The notes: generated by a model not told the origin, from the letters alone. A stretch of 64,000 bases of DNA from Candidatus Tectimicrobiota bacterium (GCA_016192455.1 JACPUC010000029.1:62001-126000); one strand, 5' to 3'; counted from the stretch's first letter, positions 1 to 11,373 are shown. Translations and numbers: made by a program.

Positions 1-186
1 GTTGCGCGGTGTGCGGCCGCGGGCGGCGTGGCAGGCCGGATCGCTCTCGCCGATATACGCCTCGGCTTCGACGATGCGCCCGGCGGCGCGGCCCTCGGGA
101 CTTTCCGAGATCAGGACCTTGCCGAGCAGCTCCCGCGCCACGGTGAGCGTTGGACGGGCGTAGAAATCGCGTCCCAAGGCTGCCAT
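1..186 (-). CDS. mpg: DNA-3-methyladenine glycosylase (MPG/AAG family), 5' part; runs off the window edge
   Basis: Manual translation from the ATG at 186: [25 protein letters not shown]...[27 protein letters not shown]. The VARELLGK, IVExEAY and DPACHA motifs are typical of MPG. Absent from the ORF track. Confidence 0.9.
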   Translation of the reverse strand, partial: MAALGRDFYARPTLTVARELLGKVLISESPEGRAAGRIVEAEAYIGESDPACHAARGRTPRN

Positions 187-940
187 CGGCTCAGCCGAGT
201 TCCAAGGGGGGAAGCTCACTGGAGGGTTGCCCGGCAACGACCGAAATAGACCATGAGGGCTGCTCGTTATCGTCGACAGGAGATCGGCGCGCCACGGCGG
301 CAACACCACCGCCAGCCGGTCAAGCCGGAGCCGTGCCCCTGACGCGCACGCGCGACCAGGCGGCGCGCTCCCTCGACCTGATGCAGGATAGCATGCGGCG
401 GCGCGGCGGGCAAATTCCGGACGTCCCAGCCGCGGTCGCAAACCCTTGGGCCGGCCGGGAGCAAGGCGGCCTCCCTGGCGGCGCATCCGGCGTGGCAAGA
501 ATGGTCAATGCAGCAACCGCAGGTGGTAAGAATTGACCACTCCGGTGCGTCCCTTGCCCGACGCGCGCCCGCGGGTCAGCCGGGAGCATCAACCGAGAGG
601 CGGCCTGATGCGGCGTTTCGGCACGCTCCATGGAGACTTCCGTCGAGGTGGGGAAAGGGAAGCGGGGACGGGGTGATCTCACCTGAAAACGGGCATAAAT
701 CTTGCTGCTGAGCGCGGGTGTGCGGCCTTTCTGGCCCGGGCTTCCCGCGCTGAGTTCGTTCTCGGCGGCGGCCCGCAAGCTTCGCTTCTCGGGGGCGTCT
801 ATTGGGAGTGGAGGGCGAGGGAACACCTCGTCCGTGCCGCAACCAGGGTCATGCGGAGTTCCCACGTCGAGAAGGGTGACGTACCGGAGAAAGAGCTGCC
901 GATCCTCGCTGCGTGGTCGGCGGTGCGAGAGGGTGCGAGC

Positions 941-1135
941 ATGCGGTTTCACAGCATCGCTGCGGCCCGGGAAGCCTATCTCTCGAAGAAGATTGATAAG
1001 TTCGAGTACGATGCGATCTTGCTGCGCAAGGCATTGGAGCAGATGTCCGCGGCGATGCAAGCGTCGCAGTCCACCGAACCAGCGGCAGCATCTTCTCCGC
1101 CGCCAGTGCCGGTTGCCGTCAAACGGGGTCGGTAG
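941..1135 (+). CDS. small hypothetical protein
   Basis: ORF 851..1135; likely start MRFHSIAAAREAYLSKKIDKFEYDAILLRKALEQ after GAGAGGG; protein-like helical composition. Confidence 0.5.
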   Translation: MRFHSIAAAREAYLSKKIDKFEYDAILLRKALEQMSAAMQASQSTEPAAASSPPPVPVAVKRGR

Positions 1136-1268
1136 CCAGACCGCGGAACGCTGCCAGACTCCGCCGTCGGTGTGCAAGTATCGTCGGCCCCACCTTCACC
1201 CCTATGAGCCCGCCAAGCGAAGGGATGTCCCGAAGACGCAGCATCCAGGAGAGCTGAGGAGCCTGCTC

Positions 1269-1706
1269 ATGTCCCGCCAGGGTGAGTTGGAGAGCAGTCG
1301 CCGAGCGCGGCGAGCCGGCAGCGCATCGCCGACGAACCTGCTCGTTGCCGCTCTGCTGAGCGTGCTGCTCCTGGCCGGCGCGGACGGTCGCGCCGCCGCG
1401 GCGATGGAGCCCCTGGGAGCCGGGGCGCGCAGGGCCGGTTCCATGACGCTGGCGCAGCGTGAGTTCGTGGCCCAGCTCAGCGGCTTCGTCGAGGGGCGCC
1501 TGCGCTTTCCCACCATCATCCTCTGGAGCAAGCCGGGCGGCTTTCCCGCCGGGGCGCACAAGGTGGCGGAGGTGCGCAGCGGCTCCCTCGTCAGGGTGGT
1601 GACGGTGCAGCGCGTGAACGCCATGCAGTGGGCGCTCGTCTCCTCGTTCGGGGTCAACGAGCACCCCAACGGCTGGGTTCCGGAAGTGCTCCTGCGGGCG
1701 CAGTAA
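1269..1706 (+). CDS. exported hypothetical protein, possible SH3-like C-terminal domain
   Basis: Hydrophobic signal-like segment LLVAALLSVLLLAGA; C-terminal V-x-V...W-x-x-V...GWVP pattern resembles bacterial SH3 domains. Confidence 0.5.
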   Translation: MSRQGELESSRRARRAGSASPTNLLVAALLSVLLLAGADGRAAAAMEPLGAGARRAGSMTLAQREFVAQLSGFVEGRLRFPTIILWSKPGGFPAGAHKVAEVRSGSLVRVVTVQRVNAMQWALVSSFGVNEHPNGWVPEVLLRAQ

Positions 1707-1798
1707 CTCCCTCCCAGCGCGACTGCCGCTGAGCGTGCCGCCGGGAGTACCGGCAGGGAGGGGAAGTCTTTGCCGGCCGCAGGGTCAAAGGGGTCGAC

Positions 1799-2182
1799 TC
1801 ACGAGCACCGGTGCGACGCCAGGAAGGCCCGCAACCAGCGGCTCCAGGCGGCCTCGATACGGGCATAGGCGGCATCCTGCGCCTGCTGCTCGGGAAGGGA
1901 GGGATCGACGGCGCTGACGATCTCGAAGCCCGCCAGCGACAGGTGGGGATCAGCCCAGTGGTAGTGGGACATGCAGACGGCGCCCTGCTCGCGCAGCGTC
2001 GCCAGGGCGGCGCGCACCTCGTCGTCCGAGAGCCCTTCGGCCACCCCCCTGGCGCGGAGCTGCGCCGCCAGCTCCAGCACCAGGAACGCCTCCTCGCCGT
2101 GCCGGCGCAGCAACTCACGCGCCGCGCTGGTTACGACCGCCCGCGATTCCACGAGTCCCCTCGGAAGCGAAGAAAAGACCAC
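1799..2182 (-). CDS. hypothetical protein (possible winged-helix N-terminus, C-terminal HRCS)
   Basis: 127-aa ORF with protein-like composition at the end of the minus-strand gene run. Confidence 0.6.
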   Translation of the reverse strand: MVFSSLPRGLVESRAVVTSAARELLRRHGEEAFLVLELAAQLRARGVAEGLSDDEVRAALATLREQGAVCMSHYHWADPHLSLAGFEIVSAVDPSLPEQQAQDAAYARIEAAWSRWLRAFLASHRCS

Positions 2183-2317
2183 CGGTCCGCCGCCCCCGCG
2201 GGCAGGCGGCCAAGCGTCGCGTGTGGCGGAAAGTCGGCGCCGGCCGTTGTGACCCGTCTAATCACGCCCAGGCGGGCAGGGGAGAACGGATTCCCCACGC
2301 AGCCAGGCTGCCGAAGG

Positions 2318-2761
2318 CTACCGCGGGCTTGGCGTGCCGCTCTTGAGCTTGCTGACGTAGCGCATGCGCAGGTCATAGAGGAGGTTGCTGAGGAGCTGCG
2401 CCTCGTCGTCGCTGAGGTTCCCCCGCGTCTTCTCCTCGAGCACGCCGAGGATGTCAATGGTTTGTTTGGCGTTGGGCAGGCTCTCGCCGAGCTGTTGGGT
2501 GACCGGGTCCTCCACCTCGCCGAGCTGCACGAGGGCCGTGCTCCCCAGGCTGAGGAGGAAGGTTGAGAAGCTGATCTCGGGCAGGGCGTGCTGTCGGCTG
2601 GCGCGGGCGAACTCTTTCTGCGTCCTGCGCCGTTGATCCTCCTTGGCGGCGTCGGCGGCGGCTTTCTCCTCCTCCCGCATGCGGGTGGAGCGGCGGTCGG
2701 AGATGGAAAACCCTCGAGACTGCTCCTCCTCGTGGCGCTCATCAGCCGGAGGGACGCCCAT
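2318..2761 (-). CDS. DUF1844 domain protein
   Basis: FSTFLLSLGSTALVQLGEVEDP...AKQTIDILGVLEEKTRGNLSDDEAQLLSNLLYDLRMRYV is the DUF1844 signature. Confidence 0.85.
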   Translation of the reverse strand: MGVPPADERHEEEQSRGFSISDRRSTRMREEEKAAADAAKEDQRRRTQKEFARASRQHALPEISFSTFLLSLGSTALVQLGEVEDPVTQQLGESLPNAKQTIDILGVLEEKTRGNLSDDEAQLLSNLLYDLRMRYVSKLKSGTPSPR

Positions 2762-2847
2762 GGTTGTCTCTCCCTTCCTGGTTTCCGCTCACGTCGCGAG
2801 GCGTCGCGCTGCGCCCCCTTGGGTCAGGCGCGGCCGGCGCGCTCCGG

Positions 2848-3570
2848 TCACGGCTGCATGCGTCCGCGGCGCCGCAGCAGCAACACCTTCGCCTCGCCCG
2901 CCTCGCGGTCGCTGGCCGATTCCTCCGCGGCGCCCAGTTTCCGCGGCTCCTCCTTGGGCTGCAGCCGTTGCCAGGTGTAGCGGATGCGTTGCAGCACGGT
3001 GATGTGGGTAAGAACAAACAGGATGAGGAGCGCCCAGGGCATGAGCTGGAGGAAGGCGCCCACCGCCAGCACCAGCAGGCGCTCGGCGCGCTCCATGAGG
3101 CCGACGTTGCACTTCGGAATGTACCGTTCGGCCTTGGCCCGCACGTAGGGGACCAGCACCGTGCCGACCAGGACGCCGCCGACCAGCGCCACATGCAGGA
3201 CATCCCCCTGGCGGGCGTAGTAGATGCTGAGGCTGGTGAGCAGGATCGTATCAGTATAGCGATCCACCACCGAGTCGAGGAACTCGCCGAACTCGGTCAC
3301 CAGGTTGAATTTCCGCGCCACGGCCCCATCGAGCATGTCGAAGCTGCCGGCAAGGAGGACGATGACGGCGGCGGTGCGCCAGTACCCCAGGATGAAGGCG
3401 GCGCCGGCGATGCAGTTGATGCCGAGACCGATGAGGGTGAGAAGGTTGGGGTTGACGTGCCGGCGCAGGATGAAGTGCGCCACCGCGCCCAGGTAGGTGT
3501 CGAACCGCTTATCGATCTTCGCGCTGAGCACGTGTCGCTCCCTCTCTCGGTGGTTCCGCCGCCGCGCCAT
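2848..3570 (-). CDS. CDP-alcohol phosphatidyltransferase
   Basis: PNLLT and DMLDGAVAR...FGEFLDSVVDR motifs; true start may lie about 40 nt inside the ORF. Confidence 0.9.
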   Translation of the reverse strand: MARRRNHRERERHVLSAKIDKRFDTYLGAVAHFILRRHVNPNLLTLIGLGINCIAGAAFILGYWRTAAVIVLLAGSFDMLDGAVARKFNLVTEFGEFLDSVVDRYTDTILLTSLSIYYARQGDVLHVALVGGVLVGTVLVPYVRAKAERYIPKCNVGLMERAERLLVLAVGAFLQLMPWALLILFVLTHITVLQRIRYTWQRLQPKEEPRKLGAAEESASDREAGEAKVLLLRRRGRMQP

Positions 3571-3673
3571 GCCGGCAGCGGCCCGCCTCCTCCTCGCCGC
3601 CGCGGCCGCCCCGGCGCTCGGTCCCGCAACGTCCCAGCCGTCGCCCGCCGCGATCCAGGCCGGCGCTGAGCCG

Positions 3674-3868
3674 CTACGACGAGGCGAAGGGGTTGCGCGC
3701 GTCGCCCTGGGCTTCCTTCAGCCGCCGCCGCGCCGCCTCGGCGCGCTCCCCGGTGAGGACGATCTCTCCAAGGATGGGGCAGTAAAACAGGATAGCCGTT
3801 TCACTGGCGCCGCCGGTCGAGCCGCGCAGCACGGTGCGCTCCTTTACAATCCGTGGGTGACATTCCAT
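3674..3868 (-). CDS. small hypothetical protein
   Basis: ORF 3674..3883; the better RBS (AAAGGGA) precedes the second Met (MECHPR...); lies within the operon. Confidence 0.5.
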   Translation of the reverse strand: MECHPRIVKERTVLRGSTGGASETAILFYCPILGEIVLTGERAEAARRRLKEAQGDARNPFASS

Positions 3869-3991
3869 GCACGTCCCTTTCATTGCCTTGCGTGTCTCAT
3901 GCCCGCGGCTCGCTTGTCTCCCACCCCCCGGCCGCCTCGTCGGCGGGTGCGCGACGGGGCAGGCGACGGCGGCGACCAGGCTTGCCGCCGC

Positions 3992-5119
3992 CTACTTCTC
4001 CTTCCCCCGGTGACCGAAGATGAACTGCCGCAGGAAGCCCGGCTTGCCATCCTGCTGGAGATCCTCGCTCTCGCCTTCGATCTCGGCGAGCTCGCGCAGC
4101 AGCTCTTCCTGGCGCTTCGAGAGCTTCGTCGGCGTGCGCACGGTGATCTGCAGAATCTGATCGCCGGCGCCATAGCCGCGCAGACTGGGGATGCCTCTGC
4201 CGGGGAGGCGGAACACCGCGCCGCTCTGCGTGCCGCGTGGAATCTCGATGGCCTCGCTCCCCTCCAGGGTGGGGACCTCGAGTTTTCCTCCCAGGGCGGC
4301 CAGGGAGAAGCTGATGGGGATGGTGCAGATGAGGTGGGCGCCCTCGCGCTTGAAGAACTCGTGCTCGCGCACGTAGAGGTCGATGTAGAGGTCTCCCGGC
4401 GGTCCTCCGTCCATCCCCTCCTCGCCCTCGCCGGTCAGTCGCAGCCGCGCCCCGGTATCCACGCCGGCGGGAATCTTCAGGCTCAGTCGCTTCTTCGACC
4501 GCACCCGGCCGCCGCCGTGGCAGTCGTCGCACGGCTCGCGGATGATCGTCCCCTGGCCGCGGCAGGCCGGGCAGGTGGTGCGCAGTTCGAAGAAGCCTTG
4601 CGTCCGGCTCACCTGGCCGCGCCCGGCACAGGTTGGGCAGGTGATCGGCGAGGTGCCGGGCCTGGCGCCCGTGCCTTCGCAGGCGTGACAGCGGGTGTAC
4701 TTCTCGATCTCGATCTCACGCTCGGCCCCCCGCACGCCCTCCATGAAGTCGATCTCCAGGTCATACCGCAGGTCGGCCCCCTGGCGGGCGCTGGAGCGGC
4801 GGCCGCGACGGCCGAAGCCGAAGAGGTCGCCGAAGATATCGCCGAAGCTGGTGACGATGTCGTCGAAATCATGGAAGCCGGCGAAGCCGCTCCCCTTCAG
4901 CCCCTCATGGCCGAAGCGATCGTAGAGCTGGCGCTTCTCGGCGTCGCGCAGCACCTCGTACGCCTCGGCCGCTTCCTTGAACTTCTCCTCGGCGTCCTGG
5001 TTGCCGGGGTTGCGGTCGGGATGGTGCTTCAGCGCCAGCTTGCGGTACGCCTTCTTGATCTCCTCGGTATTGGCGCTGCGGCTTACCCCGAGGACTTCGT
5101 AGTAGTCTCGTTTCGTCAT
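3992..5119 (-). CDS. dnaJ: chaperone DnaJ (class A)
   Basis: J domain with HPD, G/F region, four CxxCxGxG repeats, C-terminal GDLY domain. Confidence 0.97.
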   Translation of the reverse strand: MTKRDYYEVLGVSRSANTEEIKKAYRKLALKHHPDRNPGNQDAEEKFKEAAEAYEVLRDAEKRQLYDRFGHEGLKGSGFAGFHDFDDIVTSFGDIFGDLFGFGRRGRRSSARQGADLRYDLEIDFMEGVRGAEREIEIEKYTRCHACEGTGARPGTSPITCPTCAGRGQVSRTQGFFELRTTCPACRGQGTIIREPCDDCHGGGRVRSKKRLSLKIPAGVDTGARLRLTGEGEEGMDGGPPGDLYIDLYVREHEFFKREGAHLICTIPISFSLAALGGKLEVPTLEGSEAIEIPRGTQSGAVFRLPGRGIPSLRGYGAGDQILQITVRTPTKLSKRQEELLRELAEIEGESEDLQQDGKPGFLRQFIFGHRGKEK

Positions 5120-5227
5120 GAAGCTACCATGCTGGATGGGGAGAGGCTCTCAAACCTCGTGATTTCGCGCGCCCGCGGCGACCAGGAGGGTGGGAGACGG
5201 GCCGCCGCGCGGCGCGGGCCCCACGGC

Positions 5228-5911
5228 TTAGGCGCTGCCCGGGTAGGCGCCCACCTGCACCTTGGCGGGGCGCAGGATGGCGCTGCCGTACCGATAGCCG
5301 ACCTCGAACTCCGCCACCACGATGCCGTCCTGGGCTGGATCGTCAACCCGCCGCAGATGCACCGCCTCGGCGACCTTCGGATCAAACGCCTGCCCCACCG
5401 TTTCAAGGCGCTCCACGCCCTCTCCGGCAAGCTGCCGCATCATCTGCTGGCGAATCTGCTGCACGCCCGCCAGGAGGGAGTCGAAGACGCGCTGCTCCTC
5501 GGCGGCGGCGAGAGCGCGGTCGAAGTTATCCAGGATGGCGAGGAATGCGTGCAGGAACTCTCCCTTGGCCCGGGCGAGTTGCTGCTCGGCGTCGCGTTGC
5601 AGCCGCTCCCGCAGGGCTGCCTGCTCCTGACGGACGGAGTCGCGAAACTCGTCGAGACGGCGTTCGTTCTCGTGCAGGCGCTGCTGCAACTGCTCGACGA
5701 AGGTCGGCAGGCGCGGCTGGAAGGCCGTCTCCGCAGGCGCCGCGTCGGCGCCGACGCTCGCCTCGCCATTGTCGTCCCGCACCCAGAAGCGGCGGTCCGT
5801 TATCCGCAGCGGCGTGTCGCCACCCTCCCGGCGCGAGGCGCCATGGGTGGGGCGCTCCTCGCTGGAGGTGTCGATCTTCGGCGGGGCGCCGGGGTTCCAA
5901 GCTGGTTCCAT
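5228..5911 (-). CDS. grpE: nucleotide exchange factor GrpE
   Basis: LDNFDRAL, GQAFDPKVAEAV and GYRYGSAILRPAKVQV motifs. Confidence 0.93.
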   Translation of the reverse strand: MEPAWNPGAPPKIDTSSEERPTHGASRREGGDTPLRITDRRFWVRDDNGEASVGADAAPAETAFQPRLPTFVEQLQQRLHENERRLDEFRDSVRQEQAALRERLQRDAEQQLARAKGEFLHAFLAILDNFDRALAAAEEQRVFDSLLAGVQQIRQQMMRQLAGEGVERLETVGQAFDPKVAEAVHLRRVDDPAQDGIVVAEFEVGYRYGSAILRPAKVQVGAYPGSA

Positions 5912-5950
5912 GCTCTCTCCTCCCCATGCTGACGCCTGGTCGGCGCAAGG

Positions 5951-6817
5951 TCAGGCGGTGCCAACGAGCGCAGAGCGATTGGCGCGCAACCGCGCAATGC
6001 GTTCCTCGATGGGCGGATGGGTGCTCAGCAGGGTGAGGAGGCCCGAGCCGCGCAACGGACTGACGATGAAGAGGTTCTCCGTTCCCGGGTTGGCTCCCAT
6101 GGGGAAGCGCCGCGAAGCGACGTGGAGCTTCTCCAGGGCGGCGGCAAGGCCTTCGGGGTTGCGGGTGAGCCGCGCCGCCCCGTCATCGGCGAGGTACTCG
6201 CGCGAGCGCGAGATGGCCATCTGCACGATCATGGCCGCGAACGGCGCCAGGATGGCCACGAAGAGCAGCGCCAGGGGGTTGCGCCCCTCCTCCTCGTCGT
6301 CACGGCCGACGCCCCCGAAGATGGCCGCCCACTGCGCCATGTTGGCGAGCATCATGATGACGCCGGCGAGCGTCGCGGCGACCGAGGCGATGAGGATATC
6401 TCGGTGCCGCACGTGCGTGAGCTCGTGGGCCAGCACCCCCTCGATCTCCGCGGGCGACAGCAGGCGCAGCAGCCCGTCGGTGACGGCGATGACGGCGTGC
6501 TCCGGGTCGCGCCCGGTGGCGAAGGCGTTGGCGCCCTCTTGCGGGATGAGGTAGAGGCGCGGCATGGGGAGGCCGGCGCGTTGCGCCAGGCGCCGCACCA
6601 TGTCATAAAGCTCCGGCGCCTCGCGCGGACCGATCTCCTGGGCATGGTACATGCGCAGGACGATCTTGTCGGAGTACCAGTAGCTGCCGACGTTCATGAG
6701 CACCGCGAAGAGGAAGGCGATCATCAGCCCTCCCCGACCGCCGATCGCGGAGCCCACCAGCATGATGAGCACCGTCAACACCGCCAGAAGCAGAAAGGTT
6801 TTTGTTGTGTTGAGCAT
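5951..6817 (-). CDS. htpX: zinc metalloprotease HtpX
   Basis: [14 protein letters not shown] (HExxH), SRSREYLAD and STHPP motifs. Confidence 0.95.
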   Translation of the reverse strand: MLNTTKTFLLLAVLTVLIMLVGSAIGGRGGLMIAFLFAVLMNVGSYWYSDKIVLRMYHAQEIGPREAPELYDMVRRLAQRAGLPMPRLYLIPQEGANAFATGRDPEHAVIAVTDGLLRLLSPAEIEGVLAHELTHVRHRDILIASVAATLAGVIMMLANMAQWAAIFGGVGRDDEEEGRNPLALLFVAILAPFAAMIVQMAISRSREYLADDGAARLTRNPEGLAAALEKLHVASRRFPMGANPGTENLFIVSPLRGSGLLTLLSTHPPIEERIARLRANRSALVGTA

Positions 6818-6929
6818 TCCTCTCTCCCACGTCTCTCCACCCAGCCGCGGAGAGCCCCGCAGGTTGCGAGAACCGAATCGCCCGAGCGCGGCGCAGCGGC
6901 CGGCGGGCGCCTGCCGTCAGGGGGCCGCC

Positions 6930-7865
6930 TCAGCTCTTGCGCGGCGTACAGGCATTCAGGCGATCGAACTCGCGCAGCAACTCCTGGGAGCGTTCGTCGA
7001 GGTTGCGGTTATAGACGAGCTGCACGGTGACGTACTGGTCGCCCTGCCCGCCGCCCTTCAGGTGCGGCACCCCGCGCCCCCGCAGGCGAAACTTCTGGCC
7101 GCTCTGCGTCCCCGCTGGGATGGTCATCTGCGTGACGCCGTCGATGGTGGGCACCTCGATCTTCGCCCCCAGGGCGGCCTCGGCGAGCGTGATCGGCACC
7201 GTGCAGGAGATATCGCTGTCGCGGCGCTCGAAGGCGGGGTGGGGGAGCACCCGCGCGACGATGTAGAGATCTCCCGGCGGGCCGCCGTTGCGTCCCTCCC
7301 CCCCCTTGCCGGCGACGCGCACCTTCGATCCGGTGCCCACGCCGGCAGGGATTTTCACGCTGATGGACTCGCGTCCCCCCTTGCCGTTCTGCACGGAGAT
7401 GTGCTTCGCCGTGCCATGCACCGCTTCCTCAAAGGTGAGCTCCAGGGTGGCCTCGACGTCCTCGCCGCGCAGCGCCTCGGTGGCGCGGCGGTGCGCCTTA
7501 GCTCCGCGGGCTCCGAACAACCCACTGAAGAGGTCCTCGAAGCCGCCGGACGGCGAACGGCCGCCGCCGAACTGGCTGAAGTCGAAATTGCCGAAGTTGA
7601 AGCCGCCGGCATTGCCGAAGGGCGTGCCAGGACCAAAGGCGCTGTGGCCGAGCTGATCATACTTGCGGCGCTTCTCGGCGTCGTGCAGCACCTCGTACGC
7701 TTCGGAAATCTCGGCAAAGCGCTCCGCGGAACCCGGCGCCGGATTGATGTCGGGGTGGTACTGGCGCGCCAGTTTCCGGTACGCCCGCTTGAGCTCCGTA
7801 TCCGAGGCGGTCCGCTTCACGCCGAGAACGTCGTAGTAGTCACGCTTTGCCACGGTTCGACTCAC
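6930..7865 (-). CDS. class B J-domain chaperone (CbpA/DnaJ2-like)
   Basis: J domain with HPD, G/F region and C-terminal domain; no zinc finger. Confidence 0.92.
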   Translation of the reverse strand: MSRTVAKRDYYDVLGVKRTASDTELKRAYRKLARQYHPDINPAPGSAERFAEISEAYEVLHDAEKRRKYDQLGHSAFGPGTPFGNAGGFNFGNFDFSQFGGGRSPSGGFEDLFSGLFGARGAKAHRRATEALRGEDVEATLELTFEEAVHGTAKHISVQNGKGGRESISVKIPAGVGTGSKVRVAGKGGEGRNGGPPGDLYIVARVLPHPAFERRDSDISCTVPITLAEAALGAKIEVPTIDGVTQMTIPAGTQSGQKFRLRGRGVPHLKGGGQGDQYVTVQLVYNRNLDERSQELLREFDRLNACTPRKS

Positions 7866-8099
7866 ACACCCCGATGGTGCAGCGCGGCGGGCCGCCTTGG
7901 TCTTCCGGCTGCACCTTCCTCGCGGTCCAGCGCAGCCCCCGGCCGCATGGTCAGAGCTGCCTGCGTTGACCTCGCCGACACGCTAGGAGCTCCGTTTCAC
8001 CGCACGGGCTCCCGTGTCGGCTCGGCGGCTCCTTCCGCCACGCGGCGCGCGCCCGAGCCCCGCGACCTCGGGCAAGGAAACGCGCCGACAGCCCCGCAA

Positions 8100-9989
8100 T
8101 CATTTCTTGTTCGTATCCTCGAACTCCGCATCGACGACGTCGTCGGCGCCTTTGCCGCCGCCGTGGCGGTCCCCAGCGGCCGCCGAGGCCGTGGCTTGCT
8201 GGTACATCGCCTCGGCAAGCCGGTGCGACGCCTTGATCAAGGCATCCTGGGTGCGCTTGATCTCCTCGATGGTGCCTTTCTCGAGGGCCTCCTTGGCGGT
8301 TTTCAGCGCCGATTCAATGGACTCCGCATCGCTCGACGACAGTTTGTCGCGATGCTCGTTGAGCGTCTTCTCGGTCTGGTAGATGGTGCTGTCGGCACGG
8401 TTCCGGGTCTCGACCTCCTCGCGCCGCTTCTTGTCCTCGTCCGAGTGAACTTCCGCGTCTTTCACCATGTGCTTGATCTCGTCGTCCGACAGGCCGCTCG
8501 AGGCGGTGATGGTGATGTTCTGGGTCTTGCCGGTGCCGAGGTCCTTGGCGTTGGCGTGCAGGATGCCGTTGGCGTCGATGTCGAAGGTCACCTCGATCTG
8601 CGGCATGCCGCGCGGGGCCGACGGGATGCCGTCCAGGTGGAAGCGGCCCAGGGTGCGGTTATCGCGCGCCATCTCGCGCTCGCCCTGCAGGACGTGGATT
8701 TCCACGCTCGGCTGGTTGTCGGAGGCGGTGGAGAAGATTTCGGCCTTCTTCGTGGGGATGGTCGTGTTGCGCTCGATGAGGCGCGTCATCACGCCACCCA
8801 GCGTCTCGATACCGAGCGACAGCGGCGTTACGTCGAGAAGCAGCACGTCCTTCACGTCGCCGCCCAGGATGCCGCCCTGGATTGCGGCGCCGACGGCGAC
8901 GACCTCATCGGGGTTCACCCCCTTGTGCGGCTCGCGGCCGAAGAACGACTTCACCAGCTCCTGCACCTTCGGGATGCGGGTGGAGCCGCCGACCAGCACC
9001 ACCTCGTCGATCTCGCTGGTCTTCAGGCCGGAGTCCGCCATCGCCCGCCTGCAGGGCTCGAGGGTGCGCTCGAAGATCGAGCCGGCAAGCTGCTCGAACT
9101 TGGCGCGCGTGAGCCGCATGTGCAGGTGCTTCGGGCCGGAGGCGTCGGCGGTGATGAAAGGCAGGCTGATGTCCGTCTCGACCGTGGAGGAGAGTTCAAC
9201 CTTCGCCTTCTCCGCGGCCTCCTTCAAGCGCTGCAGTGCCATCTGGTCCTTCGAGAGGTCGATGCCCTGATCCTTCCGGTACTCATCAACCAGCCAGTCG
9301 ATGAGGCACTGGTCGATGTCGTCACCCCCAAGGTGGGTGTCGCCGTTGACGGCCTTCACCTCGACGACGTTGTCCCCCACCTCGAGGATCGAGATGTCGA
9401 ACGTGCCGCCGCCGAAGTCGAAGACGGCGATCTTCTCGTCCGCCTTTTTGTCGAGGCCGTAGGCAAGGGCTGCCGCCGTGGGTTCGTTGATGATGCGCTC
9501 CACCTGCAGCCCGGCGATGCGTCCCGCATCCTTTGTAGCCTGGCGCTGGCTGTCGTTGAAGTACGCCGGCACCGTGATGACCGCCTTCTCGACCTTCTCG
9601 CCGAGGTAGTCTTCGGCGGCCTGCTTGAGCTTTTGCAAGATCAAGGCCGAAATCTCGGGTGGCGAGTAGTCCTTGTTGTCAATGCGCACGCGGGCATCGT
9701 TGTTCGCCGCCTTCACCACCTTGTACGGCACCAGCTTGATCTCGCGCTCGACCTCGTCGAAGCGGCGGCCCATGAAGCGTTTGATGGAGTAGATGGTCTT
9801 CTCCGGGTTGGTGATCGCCTGACGCTTCGCCACCTGCCCCACCGCGCGCTCACTGTCTTTCATGAAGGCGACCACCGACGGCGTGGTGCGTCCGCCCTCT
9901 GAATTCGTAATGACCTTGGGCTCGCCCGTCTCCATCACGGCCACCACGGAGTTGGTGGTCCCAAGATCGATGCCGATGATCTTGCTCAT
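8100..9989 (-). CDS. dnaK: chaperone DnaK
   Basis: [25 protein letters not shown] and DVVDAEFE motifs. Confidence 0.98.
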   Translation of the reverse strand: MSKIIGIDLGTTNSVVAVMETGEPKVITNSEGGRTTPSVVAFMKDSERAVGQVAKRQAITNPEKTIYSIKRFMGRRFDEVEREIKLVPYKVVKAANNDARVRIDNKDYSPPEISALILQKLKQAAEDYLGEKVEKAVITVPAYFNDSQRQATKDAGRIAGLQVERIINEPTAAALAYGLDKKADEKIAVFDFGGGTFDISILEVGDNVVEVKAVNGDTHLGGDDIDQCLIDWLVDEYRKDQGIDLSKDQMALQRLKEAAEKAKVELSSTVETDISLPFITADASGPKHLHMRLTRAKFEQLAGSIFERTLEPCRRAMADSGLKTSEIDEVVLVGGSTRIPKVQELVKSFFGREPHKGVNPDEVVAVGAAIQGGILGGDVKDVLLLDVTPLSLGIETLGGVMTRLIERNTTIPTKKAEIFSTASDNQPSVEIHVLQGEREMARDNRTLGRFHLDGIPSAPRGMPQIEVTFDIDANGILHANAKDLGTGKTQNITITASSGLSDDEIKHMVKDAEVHSDEDKKRREEVETRNRADSTIYQTEKTLNEHRDKLSSSDAESIESALKTAKEALEKGTIEEIKRTQDALIKASHRLAEAMYQQATASAAAGDRHGGGKGADDVVDAEFEDTNKK

Positions 9990-10152
9990 AGTTACCCGTC
10001 CTCCTTAGCTTCACGCGCTGGGCAGGAAGCTGCGCGCACCTCCCACCTGGGAGCCCCAGTCCTCATCCATGCAAGGGCAAAACTTCAGGCGTCCGAGCCG
10101 GCCGCCGCAAAAATGAGTCACCTCGCTGAGCATGGCCGGCGCGCTCATTTGC

Positions 10153-10182
10153 AATGTAAGATTTGAGTATCGCGATGTCAAC
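10153..10182 (-). promoter_or_regulatory. sigma70 promoter of the dnaK operon overlapped by a HAIR-like operator
   Basis: Minus strand TTGACA (10181-10176), 17 nt, TACATT (10158-10153). Plus strand TTTGAGT-N7-TGTCAAC (10162-10182) resembles HAIR CTTGAGT-N7-ACTCAAG. Confidence 0.65.
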
Positions 10183-10317
10183 CTTTGAGCAGAAATCGAG
10201 CCAAACTACACAACACTTGTGTAATCAATATGATAGGGGCATGACAGGGAGTCCAAGAGGATTGCGGTCGGAATCTCCTGGAGTATGATGTTAGAATATA
10301 ATCTGATACCAGGTGTA

Positions 10318-11373
10318 TCAACTTGCTCTGAACACCTGGCGCATGAGGTGAAGGGCGCGCTCAATGTCGCCGCGGCGAAGGTCAAGGTGGGTGACGGCGC
10401 GCAACAGGGTTGGGCCGAAGGGGACGAGACGCACGCCGGCCTCGGCCAGGCGAGCCACCGCCGTGTTTACCTCGAGGCCGGCGCCGGCGATGTCGAAGAC
10501 GACGATATTGGTCTCCACCGTGGCGGGGTCGAGGAGAACCCCCTCGATCGTTGCCAGCCCTTCGGCCAATCGGCGGGCATTGGCGTGGTCCTCGGCCAAG
10601 CGCTCGACATGGTGCTCGAGGGCGTAGAGGCCGGCCGCGGCCAGCATACCCGCCTGCCGCCAGCCGCCCCCGAGCATGCGCCGGAAGCGCACGGCGCGGG
10701 CGATGAGCTGGCGGGGGCCGGCAAGGACCGAGCCGACCGGGGCGCCGAGTCCCTTCGAGAGGCAGAAGCTGACGCTCTCGGCGCAGCGGGCAAAGTCGGC
10801 GGCGGGCGTGCCGGTGGCGACGCAGGCGTTGAACAGGCGGGCGCCGTCCAGGTGGACGCGCAGGCCGCGCCGGCGCGCCGCCTCGCTGACGGCGGTAAGG
10901 CGCTCCAGGGTGTAGACCGAGCCGCCGCCGCGGTTGTGAGTGTTCTCCAGGCAGAGGAGGGTGATCGGCGCCAGGTAGGCGGCGGGAGGGCGCGCGGCGG
11001 CGGCGATCTGCGCGGCGTCGAGCAGTCCCCGCCGGCCGTCGAGGGGGATGAGCTGCACCCCGGAGATGGCCGCCGCCCCGGCCACCTCGTAGTTGAACGG
11101 GTGCGAGCCGCGCTCGATGAGCACCTCGTCGCCCAGCTCCGTCTGGCAGCGGATGGCAAGCTGGTTCGCCATGGTGCCCGAGGGGACGAAAAGGGCCGCC
11201 TCCTTGCCGAGGAGCTCGGCGGCGACCGCCTGGAGCCGGTTGACCGTGGGGTCCTCGCCGAAGACGTCGTCCCCCACCTCGGCCGCGGCCATGGCCCGGC
11301 GCATGCCGGCGGTGGGCTTCGTCACCGTGTCGCTGCGCAGGTCGATGACGTGAGGAGCGATGCTCGCGTTCAT
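10318..11373 (-). CDS. ltaE: low-specificity L-threonine aldolase
   Basis: [22 protein letters not shown] and [12 protein letters not shown] (PLP lysine) motifs. Confidence 0.95.
   Translation of the reverse strand: MNASIAPHVIDLRSDTVTKPTAGMRRAMAAAEVGDDVFGEDPTVNRLQAVAAELLGKEAALFVPSGTMANQLAIRCQTELGDEVLIERGSHPFNYEVAGAAAISGVQLIPLDGRRGLLDAAQIAAAARPPAAYLAPITLLCLENTHNRGGGSVYTLERLTAVSEAARRRGLRVHLDGARLFNACVATGTPAADFARCAESVSFCLSKGLGAPVGSVLAGPRQLIARAVRFRRMLGGGWRQAGMLAAAGLYALEHHVERLAEDHANARRLAEGLATIEGVLLDPATVETNIVVFDIAGAGLEVNTAVARLAEAGVRLVPFGPTLLRAVTHLDLRRGDIERALHLMRQVFRAS

Noticed and set aside
3674-3883. CxxCH (CMECH) heme-c motif in a small ORF
   Set aside because: There is no signal peptide, and the better RBS points to the internal Met (MECH...), which removes the first Cys.
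6696-9902. 1068-aa plus-strand ORF, and similar long ORFs at 3497, 11559, 15375, 23251 and 49020
   Set aside because: These are antisense shadows of clear genes (dnaK, dnaJ and others), expected in high-GC DNA, and show no family motifs.
10207-10223. TACACA-N5-TGTGTA inverted repeat as an NrdR box
   Set aside because: The spacing is one base short of the NrdR consensus and no nrd gene is nearby; it may be another operator but I cannot support that.
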